From assembly GCF_988242995.1 (NCBI RefSeq), contig NZ_OZ547043.1: 64,000 nucleotides of DNA; one strand, 5' to 3'. Below the pieces are notes generated by a model. That model was not told the origin of the DNA. It was given only the letters and a program-made list of their open reading frames with translations, and ran no database searches. How positions within the stretch are numbered: position 1 is the first letter of the stretch; every line of letters begins with the position of its first letter. Of the stretch, positions 26,864 to 38,259 are shown piece after piece. Made by a program: the position numbers and the translations under genes.

Positions 26864-27743
26864 ATGTCTTTAAACGATTCTAAAATCCGCAAGTTAAAAT
26901 CTTCTTCCCGTCCGGTAAAACTCTCCGACTCTCACGGTCTGTATCTGCTCGTCAATCCGGGCGGTTCGCGCATCTGGTATCTCAAATATCGTTTCAACGG
27001 AAAAGAATCCAGAGTCAGTCTTGGCGCATACCCGCTGGTCTCACTGGCAGAAGCCAGGCAACAGCGCGACGGTATCCGCAAGTTACTGGCGCAGAATATC
27101 AACCCGGCGCAGCAGCGCATGGCAGAGAAAGCCGCCTGCTCCCCTGAAAAGTGCTTTAAAGCGGTGGCGCTGGCCTGGCACAAAACCAACAAAAAATGGT
27201 CGGCTGATTATGCCGCCCGTATTCTCGCCAGTATGGAAAACCATATCTTCCCGGCGGTTGGTCATTTGCCCGTTGCCAAACTTAAAACGCAGGATTTCAC
27301 TGCCCTGCTGAGGGTTATTGAGGATAAGGGCTTTCTGGAAGTCGCGTCCCGCACGCGGCAGCAACTCAGCAACATCATGCGCTATGCCGTATAGCAGGGG
27401 CTTACCGAAAGCAATCCGGCGCAGCATCTGGATGGCGTTGTCTCCTCCCCCGTAAAGAATCACTACCCCGCGTTACCGCTGGAGCGGTTGTCCGAACTGC
27501 TTGGCCGCATCGGTGACTATCAGCAGGGCCGGGAGTTAACCCGGCTGGCGGAGGTGCTGACACTGCACCTGTTCATCCGTTCCAGCGAACTGCGTTTCGC
27601 CCGCTGGAGCGAGATCGATTTCAGGCACAAAATCTGGACCATCCCCGCCACCCGCGAGGCCATCGACAAAGTTCGGTTTTCGGGGCGTGGCGCAAAAATG
27701 CGTACTCCGCATATCGTACCGCTCTCCCGCCAGGCGATTGCCC
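26864..27743 (+). pseudogene. P4-type tyrosine integrase remnant: in-frame TAG at 27395-27397 and 3' truncation by IS1
   Basis: N-terminal MSLNDSKIRKLK...GLYLLVNPGGSRIWYLKYRFNGKE... typical of tRNA-associated P4-like integrases; the same frame continues after the TAG (QGLTESNPAQHLDG...) and stops at the IS1 end. Confidence 0.8.
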
Positions 27744-27758
27744 GGTAATGACTCCAAC

Positions 27759-28262
27759 TTATTGATAGTGTTTTATGTTCAGATAATGCCCGATGACTTT
27801 GTCATGCAGCTCCACCGATTTTGAGAACGACAGCGACTTCCGTCCCAGCCGTGCCAGGTGCTGCCTCAGATTCAGGTTATGCCGCTCAATTCGCTGCGTA
27901 TATCGCTTGCTGATTACGTGCAGCTTTCCCTTCAGGCGGGATTCATACAGCGGCCAGCCATCCGTCATCCATATCACCACGTCAAAGGGTGACAGCAGGC
28001 TCATAAGACGCCCCAGCGTCGCCATAGTACGTTCACCGAATACGTGCGCAACAACCGTCTTCCGGAGACTGTCATACGCGTAAAACAGCCAGCGCTGGCG
28101 CGATTTAGCCCCGACATAGCCCCACTGTTCGTCCATTTCCGCGCAGACGATGACGTCACTGCCCGGCTGTATGCGCGAGGTTACCGACTGCGGCCTGAGT
28201 TTTTTAAGTGACGTAAAATCGTGTTGAGGCCAACGCCCATAATGCGGGCTGTTGCCCGGCAT
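27759..28262 (-). CDS. insB: IS1 InsB (expressed as InsAB' by -1 frameshift)
   Basis: 167-aa ORF overlapping insA in the -1 frame. Confidence 0.93.
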
Positions 28263-28456
28263 CCAACGCCATTCATGGCCATATCAATGATTTTCTGGTG
28301 CGTACCGGGTTGAGAAGCGGTGTAAGTGAACTGCAGTTGCCATGTTTTACGGCAGTGAGAGCAGAGATAGCGCTGATGTCCGGCGGTGCTTTTGCCGTTA
28401 CGCACCACCCCGTCAGTAGCTGAACAGGAGGGACAGCTGATAGAAACAGAAGCCAC
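28181..28456 (-). CDS. insA: IS1 InsA
   Basis: 91-aa [94 protein letters not shown]. Confidence 0.93.
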
Positions 28457-28512
28457 TGGAGCACCTCAAAAACACCATCATACACTAAATCAGTAAGTTG
28501 GCAGCATCACCG

Positions 28513-29268
28513 AAAATTAGCGCAATTGATTACAGTCAAAATATCAACGGTGATTACAAAGCCACCATTACAGGCGGCGGAGAGGGTATCGCAACGCTGA
28601 TCCCTGTATTGAATGGTGTTCATCAAGCTGGTCTGAGTACCACAATACAATTCACTCGCGCAGAAGACAAAATAATGAGCGGTACAGTATCAGTCAATGG
28701 TACTGACCTACCGACAACTACATTCCCTTCGCAGGGGTTCACCGGGGCGTATTATCAGTTGAATAATGACAACTTTGCCCCAGGAAAAACGGCGGCTGAT
28801 TATGAGTTTTCAAGCTCTGCCTCCTGGGTCGATGTTGATGCTACCGGTAAAGTGACATTTAAAAATGTCGGCAGCAATTGGGAAAGGATTACGGCGACGC
28901 CAAAATCAGGAGGCCCTAGCTATGTATACGAAATCCGTGTGAAGAGTTGGTGGGTGAACTCCGGCGATGCTTTCATGATATACAGCCTTGCTGAAAATTT
29001 TTGCAGTAGCAATGGCTACACACTTCCCCGTGCAGACCATTTAAACCATAGTCGTTCCCGAGGCATCGGGTCACTGTACAGTGAATGGGGAGATATGGGG
29101 CATTACACGACTGAAGCTGGTTTTCAATCAAATATGTATTGGTCATCTAGTCCCGCAAACTCAAGCGAACAATACGTAGTTTCCCTGGCAACAGGTGATC
29201 AAAGCGTATTTGAAAAGCTTGGGTTTGCTTATGCGACATGTTATAAAACCTGTGATTTTCCGTTATAA
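28513..29268 (+). pseudogene. yeeJ: C-terminal fragment of a large adhesin (YeeJ-like), 5' part removed at the IS1 junction
   Basis: Coding sequence starts abruptly at the IS1 end with no start codon; YeeJ assignment is by position next to asnT and yeeL. Confidence 0.6.
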
Positions 29269-29274
29269 TTTCTT

Positions 29275-29306
29275 AAAGAGTGCTCCATTCGGAGCACTCT
29301 TTTTTA
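29275..29306 (+). terminator. Rho-independent terminator after the adhesin fragment
   Basis: AAGAGTGCTCC-ATTC-GGAGCACTCTT followed by TTTTTAC. Confidence 0.75.
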
Positions 29307-29516
29307 CATTCCCTCTATAGAGCTTGCCCTTCTCTCACAGAAAATGAATAAATAAAACTGCTGCACCGCAAGAATCGCGTTCGATGTGACTATGATCGTA
29401 TCCGGTGAGTACAGCTTTGATCCAAAGGCTGGTTTTCTGTGATGATTGACCAGCCTCAGAGTATTGATGACACCACCGTTCATAACAGATCGGCATTACT
29501 ATGCATAAGTACTGTC

Positions 29517-30632
29517 TCATATTCTCGCCAAAACACTTTTTAATGCCTTTGCGAATTCATCCAGACTTATATTGTCAATTTTTTGCCCAACGACGACTGA
29601 CTCCGAAACATCGGCCATTGCGGGCCATCGCGTTTTGTAATCAGCATAAATTGCAACAACGGGAGTATTATAGGCACTTGCCATATGTAATATTGAGGTG
29701 TCAGGAGTTATTGCGATATAAGCATCTTTTATGATTGCTGCTGAACGTTTAATCGAGGGTGATAAGGATAAACGGTAGACATTATTATAACAATCCACTA
29801 ATACCCTGGCTTTATCTTCCCCTTTTGGTCCATGAACGATCACTATTGGTATATCTGTTTCACTTTGAATTTTTGCTATTAGATTTTCTGCAATCGATAA
29901 TGAAAATGTACGTTCCTGCGAGCTACCTTCTAAATTGAACGCAATGTAAGATCCTAACGATCGCATTTCCTCGCGCACCTCATCGAGTACATCCTCACTT
30001 AGTGGCAATTCATATATTGGCCTGACTGCTGGAAAACCCGCCTCACGCATCATAAATGCCCATGTCATAGGTACGGGAGCCCGGAGTTTCTGATCCATAC
30101 GGGACGCGTTCTTGCACAAAGGGGAGTAGCAATTCATGGTTATACCAACAACCTGAAAATTCGTTTTTGCTTTCAACTGACTGATAAATAACATCGTTTT
30201 CAGGTTCTTTTTACGCATCGCCTCTATACAAAGATCCGGCGTACCGTATTGCTGTGTTATGTTCTTCGCTAAATCTTTTATTTCTTTTAATGTTGCGTGA
30301 TCCTGCATAGTCATTGTGACTAATGTTAATTTAGTCTTTTCAAGTTTAAGTGCATTAAACACTTCTAAATTAATTGTCGACGTAACAATTAAAAGATGCT
30401 TAATTTTATGCAATTCAAGCGCCCGAATAACAGGAAAGATGGCCATAGCATCGCCAATCTGGTCGGGAATATGGATAACAACAAACTCTGTTTTTTCAAT
30501 ATTAAAATTATAAGCTTTATAATCGTAGTAACTAAATGCAATACGTCTCAACAATGATGCTAAAAACATACCTAACCTCGCCTCCCTACTGGTTATAATG
30601 CATTGCAGTCTATCAGACTCATCATGGCGCAA
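29517..30632 (-). CDS. yeeL: Glycosyltransferase family 9 (heptosyltransferase-like) protein
   Basis: 371-aa ORF with GT-B/heptosyltransferase features; gene symbol assigned by synteny (asnT-yeeJ-yeeL-shiA). Confidence 0.7.
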   Translation of the reverse strand: MRHDESDRLQCIITSREARLGMFLASLLRRIAFSYYDYKAYNFNIEKTEFVVIHIPDQIGDAMAIFPVIRALELHKIKHLLIVTSTINLEVFNALKLEKTKLTLVTMTMQDHATLKEIKDLAKNITQQYGTPDLCIEAMRKKNLKTMLFISQLKAKTNFQVVGITMNCYSPLCKNASRMDQKLRAPVPMTWAFMMREAGFPAVRPIYELPLSEDVLDEVREEMRSLGSYIAFNLEGSSQERTFSLSIAENLIAKIQSETDIPIVIVHGPKGEDKARVLVDCYNNVYRLSLSPSIKRSAAIIKDAYIAITPDTSILHMASAYNTPVVAIYADYKTRWPAMADVSESVVVGQKIDNISLDEFAKALKSVLARI

Positions 30633-30883
30633 TTTTGTGCATATGCGGACTTTTATGTTTCATATCTCGAACCTGTGGGTCCTCTGCTTAATCCTTAAAC
30701 AACACCAGCAACTCCTGCGCTTTCATCTTCCAGCGAATTTTTCATGTTGCCGTTAATCGGCCATAAAATCATTTGCAGATGCGCTCTGTCGAGGTAGTCT
30801 CATAAGGTTCGTTTATAGATCGACGGCAATGTGAGTTACCTTTTCCATACTAATTATAAAAAGACAGTACAAACAGGATCATT

Positions 30884-32200
30884 ATGGACTCCACGCTCAT
30901 CTCCACTCGTCCCGATGAAGGGACGCTTTCGTTAAGTCGCGCCCGACGAGCTGCGTTAGGCAGTTTCGCTGGTGCCGTCGTCGACTGGTATGATTTTTTA
31001 CTCTATGGCATTACCGCCGCACTGGTGTTTAATCGCGAGTTTTTTCCGCAAGTAAGCCCGGCGATGGGAACGCTCGCCGCATTTGCCACCTTTGGCGTCG
31101 GATTCCTTTTCCGTCCGCTCGGCGGTGTCATTTTCGGTCACTTTGGCGACCGACTGGGACGTAAGCGCATGTTAATGCTGACCGTCTGGATGATGGGCAT
31201 CGCGACAGCCTTGATTGGTATTCTTCCTTCCTTCTCGACCATTGGGTGGTGGGCACCTATTTTACTGGTGACGCTGCGTGCCATTCAGGGATTTGCCGTC
31301 GGCGGCGAATGGGGAGGCGCGGCGTTGCTTTCCGTTGAAAGTGCACCGAAAAATAAAAAAGCCTTTTACAGTAGCGGTGTACAAGTTGGCTACGGTGTAG
31401 GTTTACTGCTTTCAACCGGACTGGTTTCATTGATCAGTATGATGACGACTGACGAACAGTTTTTAAGCTGGGGCTGGCGCATTCCTTTCCTGTTTAGCAT
31501 CGTACTGGTACTGGGAGCATTGTGGGTGCGCAATGGCATGGAGGAGTCCGCGGAATTTGAACAACAGCAACATTATCAAGCTGCCGCGAAAAAACGCATC
31601 CCGGTTATCGAAGCGCTGTTACGACATCCCGGTGCTTTCCTGAAGATTATTGCGCTACGACTGTGCGAATTGCTGACGATGTACATCGTTACTGCCTTCG
31701 CACTTAATTATTCAACCCAGAATATGGGGTTACCGCGCGAACTTTTCCTCAATATTGGTTTGCTGGTAGGTGGATTAAGCTGCCTGACAATTCCCTGTTT
31801 TGCCTGGCTTGCCGATCGTTTTGGTCGCCGCAGGGTTTATATCACAGGCGCGTTAATCGGAACGTTGAGCGCATTTCCTTTCTTTATGGCGCTTGAAGCA
31901 CAATCTATTTTCTGGATAGTTTTCTTCTCCATAATGCTGGCAAACATTGCGCATGACATGGTGGTGTGTGTGCAACAACCGATGTTTACCGAAATGTTTG
32001 GTGCCAGTTATCGCTATAGTGGCGCTGGAGTCGGTTATCAGGTTGCCAGTGTGGTTGGCGGTGGATTTACACCTTTTATTGCCGCTGCACTCATCACTTA
32101 CTTTGCCGGGAACTGGCATAGCGTCGCCATTTATTTGCTGGCTGGATGCCTGATTTCCGCAATGACCGCTTTGTTGATGAAAGACAGTCAACGCGCTTGA
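30884..32200 (+). CDS. shiA: Shikimate:H+ symporter ShiA (MFS)
   Basis: 438-aa 12-TM MFS protein. Confidence 0.88.
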   Translation: MDSTLISTRPDEGTLSLSRARRAALGSFAGAVVDWYDFLLYGITAALVFNREFFPQVSPAMGTLAAFATFGVGFLFRPLGGVIFGHFGDRLGRKRMLMLTVWMMGIATALIGILPSFSTIGWWAPILLVTLRAIQGFAVGGEWGGAALLSVESAPKNKKAFYSSGVQVGYGVGLLLSTGLVSLISMMTTDEQFLSWGWRIPFLFSIVLVLGALWVRNGMEESAEFEQQQHYQAAAKKRIPVIEALLRHPGAFLKIIALRLCELLTMYIVTAFALNYSTQNMGLPRELFLNIGLLVGGLSCLTIPCFAWLADRFGRRRVYITGALIGTLSAFPFFMALEAQSIFWIVFFSIMLANIAHDMVVCVQQPMFTEMFGASYRYSGAGVGYQVASVVGGGFTPFIAAALITYFAGNWHSVAIYLLAGCLISAMTALLMKDSQRA

Positions 32201-32301
32201 TAGCCTGGCGAAGATCATCCGATCTTCGCCTTACACTTTTGTTTCACATTTCTGTGACATACTATCGGATGTGCGGTAATTGTATGGAACAGGAGACACA
32301 C

Positions 32302-33756
32302 ATGAATAATAAGGGCTCCGGTCTGACCCCAGCTCAGGCACTGGATAAACTCGACGCGCTGTATGAGCAATCTGTAGTCGCATTACGCAACGCCATTGGC
32401 AACTATATTACAAGTGGCGAATTACCTGATGAAAACGCCCGCAAACAAGGTCTTTTTGTCTATCCATCACTGACCGTAACCTGGGACGGTAGCACAACCA
32501 ATCCCCCCAAAACGCGCGCATTTGGTCGCTTTACCCACGCAGGCAGCTACACCACCACGATTACTCGCCCTACTCTCTTTCGTTCGTATCTTAATGAACA
32601 ACTTACGTTGCTGTATCAGGATTATGGTGCGCATATCTCTGTGCAACCCTCGCAGCATGAAATCCCCTATCCTTATGTCATCGATGGCTCTGAATTGACA
32701 CTTGATCGCTCAATGAGCGCTGGGTTAACTCGCTACTTCCCGACAACAGAACTGGCGCAAATTGGCGATGAAACTGCAGACGGCATTTATCATCCAACTG
32801 AATTCTCCCCGCTATCGCATTTTGATGCGCGCCGCGTCGATTTTTCCCTCGCACGGTTGCGCCATTATACCGGTACGCCAGTTGAACATTTTCAGCCGTT
32901 CGTCTTGTTTACCAACTACACACGTTATGTGGATGAATTCGTTCGTTGGGGATGCAGCCAGATCCTCGATCCTGATAGTCCCTACATTGCCCTTTCTTGT
33001 GCTGGCGGGAACTGGATCACCGCCGAAACCGAAGCGCCAGAAGAAGCCATTTCCGACCTTGCATGGAAAAAACACCAGATGCCAGCATGGCATTTAATTA
33101 CCGCCGATGGTCAGGGTATTACTCTGGTGAATATTGGCGTGGGACCGTCCAATGCTAAAACCATCTGCGATCATCTGGCAGTGCTACGCCCGGATGTCTG
33201 GTTGATGATTGGTCACTGTGGCGGATTACGTGAAAGTCAGGCCATTGGCGATTATGTACTTGCACACGCTTATTTACGCGATGACCACGTTCTTGATGCG
33301 GTTCTGCCGCCCGATATTCCTATTCCGAGCATTGCTGAAGTGCAACGTGCGCTTTATGACGCCACCAAGCTGGTGAGTGGCAGGCCCGGTGAGGAAGTCA
33401 AACAGCGGCTACGTACAGGTACTGTGGTAACCACAGATGACAGGAACTGGGAATTACGTTACTCAGCTTCTGCACTTCGTTTTAACTTAAGCCGGGCCGT
33501 AGCAATTGATATGGAAAGTGCAACCATTGCCGCGCAAGGATATCGTTTCCGCGTGCCATACGGGACACTACTGTGTGTTTCAGATAAACCATTACATGGT
33601 GAGATTAAACTTCCCGGTCAGGCTAACCGTTTTTATGAAGGTGCTATTTCCGAACACCTGCAAATTGGCATTCGGGCGATCGATTTGCTGCGCGCAGAAG
33701 GCGACCGACTACATTCACGTAAATTACGAACCTTTAATGAGCCGCCGTTCCGATAG
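32302..33756 (+). CDS. amn: AMP nucleosidase Amn
   Basis: Start trimmed to MNNKGSGLTPAQALDKLDALYEQ... (484 aa). Confidence 0.92.
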   Translation: MNNKGSGLTPAQALDKLDALYEQSVVALRNAIGNYITSGELPDENARKQGLFVYPSLTVTWDGSTTNPPKTRAFGRFTHAGSYTTTITRPTLFRSYLNEQLTLLYQDYGAHISVQPSQHEIPYPYVIDGSELTLDRSMSAGLTRYFPTTELAQIGDETADGIYHPTEFSPLSHFDARRVDFSLARLRHYTGTPVEHFQPFVLFTNYTRYVDEFVRWGCSQILDPDSPYIALSCAGGNWITAETEAPEEAISDLAWKKHQMPAWHLITADGQGITLVNIGVGPSNAKTICDHLAVLRPDVWLMIGHCGGLRESQAIGDYVLAHAYLRDDHVLDAVLPPDIPIPSIAEVQRALYDATKLVSGRPGEEVKQRLRTGTVVTTDDRNWELRYSASALRFNLSRAVAIDMESATIAAQGYRFRVPYGTLLCVSDKPLHGEIKLPGQANRFYEGAISEHLQIGIRAIDLLRAEGDRLHSRKLRTFNEPPFR

Positions 33757-34098
33757 TAAGTTCTGAACCTTCTTATCAAAAATAGATGTGAAGGATTAAG
33801 TAAGACATCTGGCAAATAACCCGCAATAAACGCGGGCTGTTTGCTTCCTTGGGCGGATACGAGTTTTATTATCGTCTTAATGATTTCCACATATTAAAAG
33901 CAAGTATGCTTTCAAAACACAATTATAAAAAATCCCGCCAACAATATATGTTTTTATAAAAATAAATATATGATTATGGCTTTAGAATATTTTTATTTCT
34001 AATAGACGAGATTTTTCCTGTTATGATATAATATGCCGAATTAACACATGTTAACGATTTACCAGTAATGTAAATAAATTTTCGAGGAGATCATTCCA

Positions 34099-34815
34099 GT
34101 GGGACGTAAATGGGCCAATATTGTTGCTAAAAAAACGGCTAAAGACGGTGCAACGTCTAAAATTTATGCAAAATTCGGTGTAGAAATCTATGCTGCTGCT
34201 AAACAAGGTGAACCCGATCCAGAATTAAACACATCTTTAAAATTCGTTATTGAACGTGCAAAGCAGGCACAAGTTCCAAAGCACGTTATTGATAAAGCAA
34301 TTGATAAAGCCAAAGGCGGCGGAGATGAAACGTTCGTGCAGGGACGTTATGAAGGCTTTGGTCCTAATGGCTCAATGATTATCGCCGAGACATTGACTTC
34401 AAATGTTAACCGTACGATTGCTAACGTTCGCACAATTTTCAATAAAAAAGGCGGCAATATCGGAGCGGCAGGTTCTGTCAGCTATATGTTTGACAATACG
34501 GGTGTGATTGTATTTAAAGGATCAGACCCTGACCATATTTTTGAAATTTTACTTGAAGCTGAAGTTGATGTTCGTGATGTGACTGAAGAAGAAGGTAACA
34601 TTGTTATTTATACTGAACCTACTGACCTTCATAAAGGAATCGCGGCTCTAAAAGCATCTGGAATCACTGAGTTCTCAACAACAGAATTAGAAATGATTGC
34701 TCAATCTGAAGTTGAGCTTTCCCCAGAAGATTTAGAAATCTTTGAAGGGCTTGTTGATGCCCTTGAAGATGACGACGATGTACAAAAAGTTTATCATAAC
34801 GTCGCAAATCTCTAA
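34099..34815 (+). CDS. yeeN: YebC/PmpR-family transcriptional regulator YeeN
   Basis: 238-aa ORF (GTG start) [26 protein letters not shown]... Confidence 0.9.
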   Translation: MGRKWANIVAKKTAKDGATSKIYAKFGVEIYAAAKQGEPDPELNTSLKFVIERAKQAQVPKHVIDKAIDKAKGGGDETFVQGRYEGFGPNGSMIIAETLTSNVNRTIANVRTIFNKKGGNIGAAGSVSYMFDNTGVIVFKGSDPDHIFEILLEAEVDVRDVTEEEGNIVIYTEPTDLHKGIAALKASGITEFSTTELEMIAQSEVELSPEDLEIFEGLVDALEDDDDVQKVYHNVANL

Positions 34816-34822
34816 TTATATT

Positions 34823-34856
34823 TTAAAGAAATCTGTCTTTATGGCAGATTTCTTTA
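34823..34856 (+). terminator. Putative terminator hairpin after yeeN
   Basis: AAAGAAATCTG...CAGATTTCTTT; weak U-tract. Confidence 0.4.
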
Positions 34857-35270
34857 ATCTCATAGAATCCTTATAAAAAATATAATGTTTAACTCATCAT
34901 ATTGCTTATAAAAAATCCCCGTCCCCAGAGAAATAATATTTATTAAAATGGCAGGTCTTCTTTTTCTGATTACCGAAGACAAAGTGGCAATTACGTATAG
35001 TTTCCCGATAAAGACGCGACAGCTACATCCCGCATAAGGCATTTTTCTCTTTATCTTTGTACGGTACTTCATGGAACAGAATTTTTGACCTTGTGAATCG
35101 TGATGTCTGTTGGGGAGGGGCAATTTGCTCACTGAAGCGTGAGACTCAATTAAGCGCACGAAACACAGAAATCAAAAAACCCGGTCACTTTTTTACAAGG
35201 TAACCGGGTAAAAATAATTTTTATTTTTTAACTGCTTTGAGACTCATAGAGATGTCTCAAAACTAAAATT

Positions 35271-35346
35271 TGGCTCCTCTGACTGGACTCGAACCAGTGA
35301 CATACGGATTAACAGTCCGCCGTTCTACCGACTGAACTACAGAGGA
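35271..35346 (-). tRNA. asnW: tRNA-Asn (GTT)
   Basis: Reverse complement is identical to asnT. Confidence 0.95.
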
Positions 35347-35446
35347 ATCGTGAGAACGAGGCGAATATTAGCGATGCCCACCCACAATGTCAAAGCCTGT
35401 TTTTTAAATTTGAAATCGTTTGCTGAAATAATCTGCATTTTGTCGT

Positions 35447-37087
35447 TTATTCCGACACAACTGGCTTTTTTTCACACTTTTGCGACTCGGATCGAGGGTA
35501 TTTCCATAGCCAACGTCCAGTAACCATTCGCCAGTAAAACAGCACGGCCCGCACAGCCCAGTCGGCAAACATTCCCATCCAGACACCAACCACACCCCAG
35601 CCAAGCATGATTCCCAGCACATAACCGACTACAACCCGACAACCCCACATGCTCAACATCGAAACCCACATGGCGTAACGGGCATCACGAGCACCTTTAA
35701 ATCCAGCGGGTAGCACCCATGAGGCGGACCAAATAGGCATAAATAAAGCATTTAGCCAAATCAGAATCACAACGACATGTTTAACCTGTGGATCCTGGGT
35801 GTAAAACGATGCCATAAGCCCGGCAAAGGGAGCCGTTAGCCAGGCGATGGCCGTTAATCCAAGAGTGGACAGCCAGAACACATGCCGCAACTGAATCTCT
35901 GCTTGCGCTATCTGCCCTACCCCCAACCTTCGGCCTGTAATGATCGTAGAAGCAGAGCCGAGCGCACTTCCGGGTAAGTTGATAAGAGCCGCAATTGAAA
36001 ACGCGATAAAATTTCCGGCAATAACACTGGTCCCCATTCCGGCAACGAACATTTGGGTTAATAACCGACCACTGGTAAATAACACTGATTCGACACTCGC
36101 TGGAATACCAATCCCCATGACTTCCCAGATAATGCTAAAATTCAGCGGTTTAAAATAGCTCTTTAACGAAATCCTTAGCGCAGGATTAAAACCTATCGCC
36201 AGCACCCACAAAATTGCAACTGCGCCAATATAACGAGAAATGGTTAAACCCAACCCAGCCCCGACAAATCCCAGTCCCGGCCAGGAGAAAAGGCCGTAAA
36301 TCAATATGCCGCTAATAATAATATTAAGAATATTCAGGCTACCGTTAATCAGTAGCGGTATTTTCGTATTCCCTGCACCACGAAGTGCCCCACTACCAAT
36401 CAAAGTGATGGCAGCTGCTGGATAACTGAGTACCGTCAGCTCCAGATAAGTCAACGCCAGTGCTTTAACTTCTGTCGTGGCATCACCCGCGACGAAATCA
36501 ATAATTTGTTCGCCAAAATGATGAATAAGCGTTGCCAACAGTACGGCAAACAACGTCATGATCACCAATGACTGCCGCGTCGCCACCCTCGCTCGTCGTC
36601 GATCCCGCTTACCGAGACTAAATGCCACAACGACAGTGGTACCAAGATCGATAGCAGCAAAAAAAGCCATAATGACCATATTGAAGCTGTCCGCCAATCC
36701 CACGCCGGCCATCGCATCTTTTCCCAGCCAGCTGACCAGAAAAGTGCTCAGGACACCCATCAACAGGACACAGGCATTCTCCATGAAGATAGGAACAGCA
36801 AGCGGGGTTATCTCGCGCCAGAACAACACTTTGTAGCTCTTGCGTTTAGCGTGCCAGCGAGTGCCGTGAACAACCTGGCGTAAAGCAGAGGAGATATTCA
36901 AAGCCGACCTTAATTGCAGAAAGTGAAACCACATTTCAAATAATGAGGGAGAATCAGCAAAGCTGCAAAGATTTTCGCCAACAAATTGTCTGCAAATGCA
37001 ACAAACTGTTGATAGAAACGGCAAACAGTTGGGGAATTTAAAAATCGGGTTTGACAAAAGATTTTTCGCCGTTAAGATGTGCCTCAA
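35447..37087 (-). CDS. yeeO: MATE-family efflux transporter YeeO
   Basis: 12-TM MATE protein; the ORF is probably over-extended at its N-terminus (true start likely an internal Met). Confidence 0.85.
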   Translation of the reverse strand: MRHILTAKNLLSNPIFKFPNCLPFLSTVCCICRQFVGENLCSFADSPSLFEMWFHFLQLRSALNISSALRQVVHGTRWHAKRKSYKVLFWREITPLAVPIFMENACVLLMGVLSTFLVSWLGKDAMAGVGLADSFNMVIMAFFAAIDLGTTVVVAFSLGKRDRRRARVATRQSLVIMTLFAVLLATLIHHFGEQIIDFVAGDATTEVKALALTYLELTVLSYPAAAITLIGSGALRGAGNTKIPLLINGSLNILNIIISGILIYGLFSWPGLGFVGAGLGLTISRYIGAVAILWVLAIGFNPALRISLKSYFKPLNFSIIWEVMGIGIPASVESVLFTSGRLLTQMFVAGMGTSVIAGNFIAFSIAALINLPGSALGSASTIITGRRLGVGQIAQAEIQLRHVFWLSTLGLTAIAWLTAPFAGLMASFYTQDPQVKHVVVILIWLNALFMPIWSASWVLPAGFKGARDARYAMWVSMLSMWGCRVVVGYVLGIMLGWGVVGVWMGMFADWAVRAVLFYWRMVTGRWLWKYPRSESQKCEKKPVVSE

Positions 37088-37094
37088 CAGCGAT

Positions 37095-37170
37095 TCCTCT
37101 GTAGTTCAGTCGGTAGAACGGCGGACTGTTAATCCGTATGTCACTGGTTCGAGTCCAGTCAGAGGAGCCA
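37095..37170 (+). tRNA. asnU: tRNA-Asn (GTT)
   Basis: Identical to asnT. Confidence 0.95.
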
Positions 37171-37179
37171 AATTTCTGA

Positions 37180-37207
37180 AAAGCCCGCTTTTATAGCGGG
37201 CTTTTTG
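37180..37207. terminator. Hairpin terminator between asnU and cbl
   Basis: AAAGCCCGCT-TTTAT-AGCGGGCTTT followed by TTG. Confidence 0.75.
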
Positions 37208-38158
37208 CTATATCTGATAATCAATTTCCTCTTCACTGTTTTCCATCACCTGCCGCTTGATATCCTCAACTGAAAGTCCTGCATTACAAAGTTCCAGAAA
37301 GCGCCAGACATAGTTACGCTGAAGTTGCCCTCGCTTGAGTCCCAACCAGACAGTATTAGCATCGAAAAGATGCCGCGTATCCAGGCGGATTAAATTCTTT
37401 TCCTCTTGTTCACCGCTGGATTGTTCGGCAACTAATCCGATCCCCAGCCCAAGAGCAACATAGGTTTTAATGACATCAGAATCCTGCGCACTTAATACAA
37501 TATCTGCCAGCAAACCTTTGCGGGCAAATGCGTCATCAATACGTGAGCGCCCCGTAATCCCCTGTCGGTAAGTGATTAACGGCCACTTCGCTATTGATTC
37601 CAGCGTCAATGGTGTAATTTGCGTCAAGGGATGATCGAGTGGAACAAGCAAACTATGGTGCCAACGAAACCACGGGAAGGCGACGAGCTGCGGGTCATTA
37701 CTCAAACGCTCGCTGGCGATACCAATATCAGCTTCGCCATTTTGCAACAACGTCGCAATTTCCTGTGGCGTCCCCTGGATTAGCTCGAGCCGAACCTCCG
37801 GGAAAAGTTCGCGAAAAGCTTTAATGACCCCTGGCAAGCTATAACGCGCCTGAGTATGCGTCGTTGCAATAGTGAGAACGCCAGACGTATCGTTGGTAAA
37901 CAGGTCTGCAAGCCGACGAACATTACTGGCTTCATTCAGAATACGTTCTGCAATGACCAGTAATGCTTTGCCCGGTTCAGTCATGCCCAGCAGTCGCTTA
38001 CCTCGTCGAACAAATATTTCGATGCCAAGTTCATCCTCCAGTTCCCGAATATGACGGCTGACGCCTGACTGTGAGGTAAAAAGCATATTCGCAACCTCTG
38101 TCAGGTTGTAATCCTGACGTGCAGCTTCGCGGATTATCTTTAGTTGTTGGAAATTCAC
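37208..38158 (-). CDS. cbl: LysR-family regulator Cbl (sulfonate utilisation)
   Basis: 316-aa LysR-type ORF MNFQQLKIIREAARQDYNLTEVANMLFTSQSGVSRHIRELE... Confidence 0.9.
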   Translation of the reverse strand: MNFQQLKIIREAARQDYNLTEVANMLFTSQSGVSRHIRELEDELGIEIFVRRGKRLLGMTEPGKALLVIAERILNEASNVRRLADLFTNDTSGVLTIATTHTQARYSLPGVIKAFRELFPEVRLELIQGTPQEIATLLQNGEADIGIASERLSNDPQLVAFPWFRWHHSLLVPLDHPLTQITPLTLESIAKWPLITYRQGITGRSRIDDAFARKGLLADIVLSAQDSDVIKTYVALGLGIGLVAEQSSGEQEEKNLIRLDTRHLFDANTVWLGLKRGQLQRNYVWRFLELCNAGLSVEDIKRQVMENSEEEIDYQI

Positions 38159-38259
38159 GGTAAACTCCGGGCAGTTCAGATATCCCGTTATTGTTAAAGT
38201 CTAACGCCCGGCATAACAAATAATAAAAACCCGCATCTTATTCCATCCCGATATAACGC

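Larger units (their letters stand above)
27744..28511 (-). mobile_element. IS1 insertion sequence (768 bp) without a target-site duplication
   Basis: Termini GGTAATGACTCCAACTTATTGATAGTG (27744) and ...ATCAGTAAGTTGGCAGCATCACC (28511); flanks CGATTGCCC and GAAAATTAG differ. Confidence 0.93.

Noticed and set aside
26702-29516. Intact pathogenicity island at asnT
   Set aside because: Only about 2.8 kb lies between asnT and yeeL, holding an integrase remnant, IS1 and an adhesin fragment; no cargo genes are present.
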